Position numbers and translations under genes: made by a program. DNA of 64,000 bases from Rozella allomycis CSF55 (Eukaryota), in the NCBI GenBank assembly GCA_000442015.1, contig KE560949.1, positions 1-64,000 of the forward strand. The letters run 5' to 3'. Shown piece after piece: positions 46,790 to 56,271 of the stretch. The notes beneath the pieces were generated by a model. That model did no database searches and was not told where the DNA came from. It saw nothing but the letters and a program-made list of their open reading frames with translations. The stretch's first letter is position 1, and every line of letters begins with the position of its first letter.

Positions 46790-48196
46790 AATGGCTATTT
46801 TTAAATGTGGCGCAGTGAAGCAAGGGTGCGTATAAAAGTTGCTTCGAATTTCTGAACCCTGGCCAAATGAAATATTTTGCTGTTTGGACTACCTGTGCTT
46901 TCTTATTTAGTGCGTTTGTACTCTGTGAAGATCTAAGAAAGTACGAAACACTCAAGAAACGCCTTGCTAGTGTACGAGGAACGAAATAGTCATATCTCTC
47001 TTTTGTTTCCATACGCAGGAACTCTATGGAATCAAATGGACGACAAAGAATTTTTTTTCCCAAGATATAATTACGAAGAGTATGTGAGACTAGAAAGTGG
47101 GCAAGTGGTTGAATATTTACCATATTTAATTGAACAAAAACAAGAAAATTAAAAGTTTCTTCGGATGATTCTCTTTTGGATCCTAAAAGAAATTATATGT
47201 CTGATGCTGTTGAAAATGATTATGTGAATTTAGTTAAATTGTTGGTTGGCACAAATAGCGATGAAAGATACTTTTCCTTCTTATCATCTAAAGAGTTACC
47301 AAATCATTTAATTTATCAAATTATTGAATTGAAGCGCATTGAAATACTTAATTATCTAATGGACAAGGGTGTTATTAAAGAAGAAATTCTTTTCGCATGT
47401 TTGCAAACATTTAAAGATCGCCAAAAAGTTGATGAATTCTTAAAAGAAGTTCAAAGTGTTTCTCTACCTTTATTGGAATATGTTTCTTCTGTTCAAAGTG
47501 ACGTATCAGTTGAGAAAATGAGCTCCATTTAAATAAAGGAATTGAATTCTCGAAAATTATTGTTGTCTATTGAACCAAACCTCATAATTCAAGATACAAA
47601 GGAAGAACTAGATTGAAATGATCCAACGGTTTTACTAAAGAACATTTTTGACACCAGCCCAGAATCATTTCCCAAAGAGTATGAAACTTTAAAGGAGACA
47701 TTGAATCCGCATTTATTTTTCTACACTGATAAAAAAGAAAAATCCATCAAATCTGTTCTTGAACCGCTTTTCAGTAATAGAATAGAAAATAGAATGGTAA
47801 TTTTAAAAGAAATCCTGAAAGATTTCCCTGAAGTATTTTACACTGAAATTGTATTTTTTGAAATATTTAAGAAAGGCGTTCAATTGTTTAAGTTTGTTCT
47901 TGAACCTACAAAAGACTTTCACATCTATTTACAAAATCTTTACATTGAAGATTCTAATAGAAAGCAATCCTATTTCGTTTTTGATCAGTATAAACCCTCA
48001 TTTGATATCTATTCTTGTTAATTCTGGTGCCTTCCCACTTTCATTTCGTTTGAATAATTCATTTAACGTCGCTCAAAGAATATTGGTGTCTGACGTTTAC
48101 AATTCGCTTCGTAACTATAATCAAGTTGAAGTGGAAGAAGCATTGACGCATCCTAGTCTTGGAATGAACTTTTCTCCCAATTGTCTAAATCAATAG
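46790..48196 (+). pseudogene. Fragmented coding-like sequence of unknown family
   Basis: Successive short plus-strand ORFs (46964, 47176, 47701, 47849) broken by stops and frameshifts without clear tiny introns. Confidence 0.35.
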
Positions 48197-48220
48197 TTGG
48201 AATATTGTCTCTGTAAGATA

Positions 48221-49133
48221 ATATACCATTTACATATATCATACTATCTTGAATTTCTTCTAAGTCTTCAGTTAGAAATGTAAGACTTTGAATTTTAATT
48301 ACTGATAAAGAATCTTCTTCATTATCATTGGGTACTTTGAATAACATAGGCATTATTAAGTATTTNATAATAATAATAAGAAATAATCAATTAATCCATA
48401 CTAAGAAAAACACATATATTAAAATTAAGATATATGTAGTTAGAGGCTTTTTCGTTCGTCTGTTTAGTTTGTCGTAAACTTTGTTATCTTCTTTGTACTT
48501 TGCATCAAGTCTTTTTATGTGCATGTATTGCTTTTTCTTTTTTCTAAGTTGATTTTCTTTATGTATACTATATGGCATTACTGTAACCAGGGTGTATGTT
48601 TTATTAAAATAACGTTAAAATGTAAAATTTAATTTTTTTAAAGACAATGTCAATGTGGTTTATTTTATAATTGAAATGATTTTGTTTTTTACGTACTTTA
48701 TGCATTTAGAGTATCTTAATCCTCAAAAATTGGATAGTAAAATAACAAATTCATATTGCGTCCTCATTAATGAGTATGAAATATTTAGAGTAACTTCAAT
48801 AGCCTTATTAAGGTTGTGAATTCTATGGTATCGTCATACCATTTACATATTTCATACTATCTTGAATTTTTATGTACGACTTTGAATTCTAATTACTGAT
48901 AAAGAATCGTCTTCATTATCATTGGGTACTTTGAATAACATAGGCATTATTAAGTATTTGTTCTTAGTCGACTTAATATTTTCTAAAAGTAATCCTATTC
49001 CATTAACTTGTACACCCGCAATAGGTATTTTCATTAAAAGTTTCATCATTTCAAGTAGTCAATTTATAACCTCTTAAAATAAACTTTAATAAGATAAAAA
49101 AATTCGTTAAAGTCTATTTTTTTAGTAAATTTC
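48221..49133. repeat. Helitron-associated repeated sequence
   Basis: 48222-48365 recurs at 48836-48959; 48763-48836 matches 56293-56366, downstream of the Helitron helicase. Confidence 0.7.
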
Positions 49134-49154
49134 NCTTAGAATTAATCTCTCTCC

Positions 49155-50234
49155 ATGTATCACATATTTTTAACATTATTATACTGTACTCTAGTCGTCT
49201 CGCAAACAGAACCAAAAGATATTCAAATCACTTCACTCCACCAGCTAAAAGATTTTGAAATGTTCAACGGGAAATTTGAAAAATATCAGTACATTCAAGA
49301 TCCTATATTCAAGGAGTTTCCATTGTTCTTGGGAGAAAGAAAAAGGAGTGAACAGTGCGTGCAATACATAAGTGCAAAATTTGTTAGTGCAGATAGTCTA
49401 AGAATAACTGTGGATAAATCGCTTATTAAAAATTACACCGTCTTTTGTTTGGATAAACTTCATATGGTTGCTGCATCTCGTCAAGTATCATCTATGAACA
49501 CCTTTGACATTGATTATATTGTGAATCAAAAGGCCGCTGAGATGTTTCTAACGAGAGAAATGATAGTTTTTCGAAAAGCTAAATTCCAGAGCTCATCGAA
49601 AGTGGAATATGGAGCATTTGTCTATGACGAAAACGGCCGCGCAAACGAAGTCGGAATTATATCAGAACAATTTAAGACAGAAATTAACGATTCTCACTTA
49701 ATCATAGAAGTACCGGCCTCCAAAATACTTCAAAGTCCAGTTCTTGTAGATTGGGATATACATCACCTAGAAGGTGACGGTACAACTTTACCGATAAAAA
49801 TCTCAGTTAAAAAGGTACTTCCACCGTTTAAAACTTTGACTGAAATGACATTATGGCCAAATCATCATACTTTCAATCAATGGCAAATGGGAGTTGATGA
49901 AATACATTTACGTGTCATTAAAGTCAAGGATGATGGAAAATTAGAAGAATTTCAAATTTTAAAAGTTAACCTTGAAGAAAAACAATATTTTCAGACGGAA
50001 ATTCCTTTTGGTGTTTACCTCGTTTGTAATGAGTATGGAATTTGCCTAAACGTTTCTTTTTTTACACGAGATCGCCATATAGAGAAAGTATTTGATAATG
50101 CTACAGCTAAACCTCTCACGGATGACCGCCGTGAATATTTTGTCGGTATCGCTGCAATTTGTATTTTTGTAACATTTTTCCTTGTCCCTGTAATCGCCCT
50201 CGTTTATTTGAAACGCGTGAAAATTGAAGCGTAA
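49155..50234 (+). CDS. Orphan type I membrane protein (359 aa), intronless
   Basis: N-terminal signal peptide, beta-rich ectodomain, C-terminal TM FVGIAAICIFVTFFLVPVIALVYL, short basic tail. Confidence 0.75.
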   Translation: MYHIFLTLLYCTLVVSQTEPKDIQITSLHQLKDFEMFNGKFEKYQYIQDPIFKEFPLFLGERKRSEQCVQYISAKFVSADSLRITVDKSLIKNYTVFCLDKLHMVAASRQVSSMNTFDIDYIVNQKAAEMFLTREMIVFRKAKFQSSSKVEYGAFVYDENGRANEVGIISEQFKTEINDSHLIIEVPASKILQSPVLVDWDIHHLEGDGTTLPIKISVKKVLPPFKTLTEMTLWPNHHTFNQWQMGVDEIHLRVIKVKDDGKLEEFQILKVNLEEKQYFQTEIPFGVYLVCNEYGICLNVSFFTRDRHIEKVFDNATAKPLTDDRREYFVGIAAICIFVTFFLVPVIALVYLKRVKIEA

Positions 50235-50280
50235 ATGATAAAATAAATGTATTTTTTATTGGCTATCAAAATGTCTTTAT

Positions 50281-52038
50281 TTATATTTTAGGCTTGTGTG
50301 AGATTGGCGATGAGGCTTCTTGGTAGAATGGAATTGCAAAATTATTCAGCATTCTTTGGTTAGAACTTGCTTTTGATTTACTCCTTATAAAGATAACGGT
50401 TTTGATTGATATGATTAATGCTATGATACTCACAAATACTAATAGAAATGATTTCAAGGCAGTTTCAATTGTTTCAAAAGGGCTCCTTATCGCTATGAAA
50501 CAGCTATTAACAAAGGCGCCAAGTTCAGTAATATAATCTGTAGTTGAACATAACTCATGATCTCCTTCATCTAGTAATACGTTTTCAGCGTTTGCGACCA
50601 TTGAATTCACTTCATACTTCACACTTTTACGAACTCCCGCGACAGTCCTGCAAATCCCTAATGGAGTGCATACAAAAAATTGAGTTTTGCTTTCCCCATG
50701 AGTTAACAAACGCATATGCAACCTAAGCTTTAGTCCCAATAAAGTAAATCCTTCTACTTTATCAATATGTGAGCAAGACGAAGGTTGATATAAGTATAAA
50801 GCAACGCCTCCAGGCGACCCTATTCCTGTTATAATACATTCTATTATGTCGTTAGATTTTTGTTCGCAACTGAAGTCGTTTATCTCACCATAGTTTTCAT
50901 AAAACGTGTTAATTTGAACTTCGGATTCGAGAACAGTTGTCAATCGGGCATCAGGATTAATACCGCGGAAGTTGAACGTGTTGAAGGAAGTTCTTTCTAC
51001 TTTAAATTCTTCAAAATCATTGCTAGGTTCGAACAAAGGTAGGTTTGACCAGTCAGATTTGCTATATTCCATGTTATAATCTTGAAAGGAATATGATTCT
51101 TGGACGATCATGTCCCCTTCAACTTCCAAAAAGAACTTCTCGTAAACTTTTACAGTGTCAATTGTGTTAGATCCTATAGGCTCAAATAATTTTCCATTTT
51201 TCATGACGACTAGCTTTTTGAATAAAGGGTTGACGAAATCTGATTTATGAACCAAAGAAATCTTAATATCGTTAATATCATTATCCGAATGGTTCGCTAA
51301 GGCTTCATTAATTGTACCTGTTATTTGTGTAATATCATCTGAAGAAATGACTTGGCCATCCGGAGAAATACGTTGCACTTCATATACTGCGACCTCCGTT
51401 ACTTTACTACCAAATTCAATAAGCTGAACATTATCCTCATTCCAAACGCATTTCCAAAATATACAAAATTTGGTAGAACATTTGGCCACCTTCCTTATTT
51501 CCTTTGCATTAAAAAATGAATATTGCTTATTTCCAGGTAAAATCCAAAATTTTATCATTTTAACATTACTTTCAGTAGAACAAAATTCTTTAGGATTTCT
51601 TTTTATAATTTTCATATCATTTTCAGCATCATCAGTACATTTTGGACCATTCTCAGTTACGTGTATATTGGCTCCCCTCAATGCCTTTCTATCCACAGAA
51701 AATTCTTCCCTTAGTTCTTTGAGCTTTATTTTAAATCCTTCATTAACTGTATATCCATTTGGCATATCTTGTTTGGTGTTGAAACATAACACTGCATGTG
51801 GGTTCATTGAAACTTGCGATACAACTTTCAATTGTTCAATTCCATTTCTGGTTATACTAAACGAAGAGCTAGACTGAGTATATGCACTATGACAATCATT
51901 CCAAATGCCAGGATCGGTTGTTGGAGGCGGATCAAGAAATTTACAAGTCTCACCGTTTGCGTCAGTTGGCCTTTCGGTATTTGCCTTTGAAAGTGACACT
52001 AGCACGAAGAATATATTTACAATATGCGATCTTAACAT
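50281..52038 (-). CDS. Type I membrane glycoprotein (585 aa), putative class II fusion protein (bunyavirus Gc-like), intronless
   Basis: Signal peptide, Cys-containing beta-rich ectodomain of about 500 aa, amphipathic stem, single TM; motif order resembles phlebovirus Gc. The ORF is solid; the fold call is by eye. Confidence 0.55.
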   Translation of the reverse strand: MLRSHIVNIFFVLVSLSKANTERPTDANGETCKFLDPPPTTDPGIWNDCHSAYTQSSSSFSITRNGIEQLKVVSQVSMNPHAVLCFNTKQDMPNGYTVNEGFKIKLKELREEFSVDRKALRGANIHVTENGPKCTDDAENDMKIIKRNPKEFCSTESNVKMIKFWILPGNKQYSFFNAKEIRKVAKCSTKFCIFWKCVWNEDNVQLIEFGSKVTEVAVYEVQRISPDGQVISSDDITQITGTINEALANHSDNDINDIKISLVHKSDFVNPLFKKLVVMKNGKLFEPIGSNTIDTVKVYEKFFLEVEGDMIVQESYSFQDYNMEYSKSDWSNLPLFEPSNDFEEFKVERTSFNTFNFRGINPDARLTTVLESEVQINTFYENYGEINDFSCEQKSNDIIECIITGIGSPGGVALYLYQPSSCSHIDKVEGFTLLGLKLRLHMRLLTHGESKTQFFVCTPLGICRTVAGVRKSVKYEVNSMVANAENVLLDEGDHELCSTTDYITELGAFVNSCFIAIRSPFETIETALKSFLLVFVSIIALIISIKTVIFIRSKSKASSNQRMLNNFAIPFYQEASSPISHKPKI

Positions 52039-52399
52039 TTTTAGAGGCTAAGCAAACGTTTGATTAGTTATTAATGTCATCAAAATTGATTTCATCAAAA
52101 TTAATTTCGGATAAATTGAATCAATGGTGACTGAATTATTAATTAAAAACTATTTGTCATCTTAGATTATGTACTTTTGACACTGTAAGACTGTACTTAC
52201 AAAATGCGAAGCCAAAATCATTCATCATCTTTCAATTTTGTCATGACTCATGATTCATCTCTACTTCCACAACATAAACGAAATTTTAATTCAATAATTA
52301 AAATATTGCAGCGATAAGTTTTGATGACCTGTGTCCTTCATATTAATTATAAATCAAAAATCAAATAATATATAACAAATTAACAATAAACGGAAAATT

Positions 52400-52715
52400 T
52401 TATTCAACAGATGCGGATTGCTGTGGGTTCTGGAATTTAGTCATTTGTCTGAGACCAGTCAGGTGACGCTGCTTCATCATAAGTAAGTTTTCAAGATGTT
52501 CAATATCCGCTCTGAGTTCTTCAAGTCGCCACATAATCATGGATTGATGTAAATAATTTTCAGCCTTGTTGAACGGGGCTTTCGAAGCGTCCCAAGTTTG
52601 CTCTGGAGTCTAATCCTTAAATTTGACTTAAATGAATTACTTCTGCTTTGTTAGGTAAAAGAGTACCGAGTTGAACGCTCTGGAGATACTGTTCAGAATT
52701 TTCCACGTTCGTCAT
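52400..52715 (-). CDS. Small hypothetical coiled-coil protein (not in ORF track)
   Basis: MTNVENSEQYLQSVQLGTLLPNKAE, 31-nt GT-AG intron, then TPEQTW..WRLEELRADIEHLENLL..SVE stop. Confidence 0.55.
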
Positions 52716-52868
52716 TAGTCTGAAAAATTTACCGGGGTCGCCCGCAAGCCATTTTAGTAACTAAAAATAAAGCGAGATCACAATAACATTGAAATCGAAT
52801 CATAAAGGAATTTATTTTCGTTATATTGGAAATTAAGAGATCAGTGATGAATTATGAGGGATATGGCA

Positions 52869-53474
52869 TTAAACTTTTAAGGTTTTTTGTCTTGATAATT
52901 TAATCCTATTATCCAAATCAAATGCAGATATGTCATTATTTTTATACGCCCATGAGTAGAAGCTAGAGATTATTATGGTAAGGATAATGTGAATGCCGTA
53001 AACACAAAAAGTGAGAACACTCATAATAATTCCATTAAAATTGTCTATTTCTGTGTAATCTTTAACTTCAATGAACGATATATCAACTGCTGTTGCCAAA
53101 AGAATTGTTCCAACCAAACTAATTAGGAAAGGCGAGATCACTAGGAATGCAACGAGGAATACAGACCTCGCAGGAGAACGATCAAGCATTATAAAATTGA
53201 TAAAGATATAGATCATAAATAGAATCTGAAGCGTAATACTAACAATGAACAGGATTTTTGAAGTGTTAAATAATTTGCCAGATTCTCCCTCTAATATATC
53301 ACCTCCAAATATTTTAAATGAATACGTAATATGATGGGAATTCTTTGAGTAAACCGCCACTGCAAATGGAGTAAATAGTCCTAGTAAACCCAAACACGCT
53401 TGAATGGCGGCAAGAAATATGTGAGCTATGTAAACCTGGATGGGTGCAGAAATTTTAAGAATATCATAAATCAT
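52869..53474 (-). CDS. Hypothetical four-TM membrane protein
   Basis: 201-aa ORF with four hydrophobic segments. Confidence 0.6.
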   Translation of the reverse strand: MIYDILKISAPIQVYIAHIFLAAIQACLGLLGLFTPFAVAVYSKNSHHITYSFKIFGGDILEGESGKLFNTSKILFIVSITLQILFMIYIFINFIMLDRSPARSVFLVAFLVISPFLISLVGTILLATAVDISFIEVKDYTEIDNFNGIIMSVLTFCVYGIHIILTIIISSFYSWAYKNNDISAFDLDNRIKLSRQKTLKV

Positions 53475-53587
53475 ATAAAGACGTTAATGTAAAAATGATC
53501 ACGCAGAAGCCTCGAGATTAAAATCATTCACGTGAAAATTTAAAAATAGAACAGAAGTTATGAATGGCTATTTTTATTGCAGAATAC

Positions 53588-54224
53588 TTATTTTCCAGAA
53601 ACAATTCCATCAAACTTGAATCAATAAAATAATTTAATCTTACAGTTTTCTTGTACCATTCGATGGCGTCTTGTTTGGTCAATTTGTGTGGACGGCCAAC
53701 CTTAGCACGGCAGTGCTTGCGGCGAGCAACACGGAAACCAGGGCGGGAAAGGACAACATAAAAGTCCATACCGTAGATACCGATATTTGGATCATATTTA
53801 ATTCCAAGATCAATGTGTTCTTGAATACCGAATCCAAAGTTTCCAGTGTTAGAAAAGTTTTCTGATTTAAGTTCGTATTCCTTGACCTTTAATCCTCTTT
53901 CAAGAATTTCCTTTGCTTTTGGTCCACGAACAGTGCAGTGAACAGCGATCTTTTCATTACGACGAACACCGAATTGACGAATAGTAATGGCAGCCTTGGA
54001 GAAAACTGGGGTTTGACCAGTGAGTTGTTCAAGAACTTTAGCAGCACGAGTGAGACGATCTCCGGATTCACCAACACAGATATTTAAGCAAAGCTTCCAG
54101 ATATAGATATCACGCATGACGTTTTTCTTTGCTGATTCCTCGGCCTAAATATTAGTTTGCACTTTTAAAAAATAAAATAACATGTTCAACGTTAAAATAA
54201 CAAAAGTGGACGTATTTTTACCAT
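53588..54224 (-). CDS. RPL11: 60S ribosomal protein L11 (uL5)
   Basis: [42 protein letters not shown]; introns 54145-54221 and one of 29 nt near the 3' end. Confidence 0.97.
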
Positions 54225-54306
54225 TTCTAATACAGGGGTGAACAGGGGTCTTGGAAAAAAAGAATTCTGAAAATTCAAAGTCCGAAATTTCAGGCGATTT
54301 TGAGTT

Positions 54307-56270
54307 TTATTTAGTTATAATAGTTATCAAGTTATTAATATGATTCGAAAGTTGAGAGGAAACTCTATTCAAATTTTGTTGAAGGTCTGTCACACTTGAA
54401 GGGTAGTCTCTGTCTAAGAGCCGAGAATTTGATGTTCCATAAGCCATGTAAATGCAGGATTGAATGTGTTGGCCTTGAAGATATTTAAGTTGACAGATAT
54501 TTTCTTTTAAATATTGTATGAAAGTGTCGAATTGCAACTTTCTAATTAAGGTTTCAAATTTTGCTATGAATATGATAAAATTGTTGTGATGTGTTTCAAG
54601 TGCTTGGAAGAAATTTTCAGTACTGGGATCCTTTTTAGAAGTTTCGCCTAAATGTTCCAATGATTGCAATAATATAACATTTGCGCTTTGAATCTTTATG
54701 GATTGGATTCGCTCTATTTTTTCACAGAATGATTCATCGAATGGAATATTAGAAAGATTATTAGTTAGAGGATAAAGATATAAAATGCTTCTTAGTCGTG
54801 ACATCCCAGGGATTTGATTAACCATTTCTCTCATCGTGTTTGAAATCATACTTTTTTGCCATTTAACAAATTCAAGATTGTATTGATCATTTATAGTTAT
54901 AGAATTTTTCATTTCTTTTAAAAGATTGAAATACTTTTCAAACATTGTATTGTAAATCATAAAGTCAAAGTGGTTAGAGGTAGAAAAGAGTACTTTGGAT
55001 AATTCTATCCAAATCAAACCCAATTTACTTATTTGTTTTAGTGTCTCTGATGTTATTTGTGTTTTACTTTCAGGATTTTTCTCATATATGTGGATTAGAT
55101 CATTGAGGCTTTGGTCTATTTTATCCATCAAAGATAGACAGTCGTTGATTAAAGGTTTACCATTACTGAAAGTTATTTGTTTCACGTTATTGCTTTCAGA
55201 TTGTTTCTCTTTAATGCCATCTCGCACTTCAAAGATTATTGGCAGCACTTTGTTTATGTCATCTAGCATTGTTTCTGATAGTCCGCTATGATTAGTCCAT
55301 AACTTAGAGATGTGATCGTCTTTATTCTCTTTTTGGGTAATATCCCATGAAATGGGTGTGTTGCAAATAGTATCGATGCATGAAATATCTTGAAAGTCTA
55401 TCAATGTTCCGTCTGCACTAAATTCTATAAGATCTTGGTCATCAATTTTATCATTTTCTATGTTTTATTTATGATAGAAATGTTACCTGAAAGACATCCA
55501 TCCTCTCCATTCCAAGAGACTTTGTAAGGAACTTTGATGACTAAATCTTTCCTTAATGCTACTAAAGCGGTTATTTTAACATAATAATCAATATTTATAG
55601 TTTTTGATAACTTTCCGTCCGGCCCTAAACCTTCTTTGAATTGAGTGCTTGGGCAAAGCATGTGGATACCTTTCCCTGTATAGACAGAAGCAACACAATC
55701 AACGGCTACATTAATGTCAGGCTTAATAGAAAATAAAATTTCTTTTTTAGAGCTTCCCTTTTCAAATCGATGCTCTACATATGCGATAGTTGATTTGTAT
55801 TGTTCACTTAAAGTGGGATGAATTACAAATGAAGCCTTTTGTTTTAAAGTTACCTTTAGCCCACTACAAACTTTTGAAGGATCTTCCAATCTAACTTTTA
55901 ACGTCAATGGGTCTTCAGGTCCAACAATATCTTTCTCTAGTGTCACTTCAAGATTCAAAAGTTTCTTTCTCGGAATGAGAAACGGTTTCGATTTGGAGCT
56001 TTCGAAGACCGATTTTGGAACAAATGATTCAACATGGCGAACATTGAACGATAAACAAGCGCATGAATGTTGATGATATATCCATGCATTTCTAAATATA
56101 TTCCCTGCTTCAATGACGCGGTTGCCAATATCTGCTATAGAATTTTGTTTGCCCAGGTACGCAAACACTATATACGAAACGCCGCATTCTTGTTCCGACG
56201 GATACATAGTCAAAGACGGTGGTAAATGACTTGGAATATTAATAGCAAACGGAAAGTAATTATCATCTGG
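54307..56270 (-). CDS. Arrestin-domain protein with helical C-terminal extension; 5' end missing at the gap
   Basis: FPFAINIPSHLPPS..CGVSY, LNLEVTLEKD..LTLKVRL..LKVTLKQ, IDYYVKI; joined to ORF 54307-55404 by a 29-nt GT-AG intron. Confidence 0.7.
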
Positions 56271-56271
56271 N

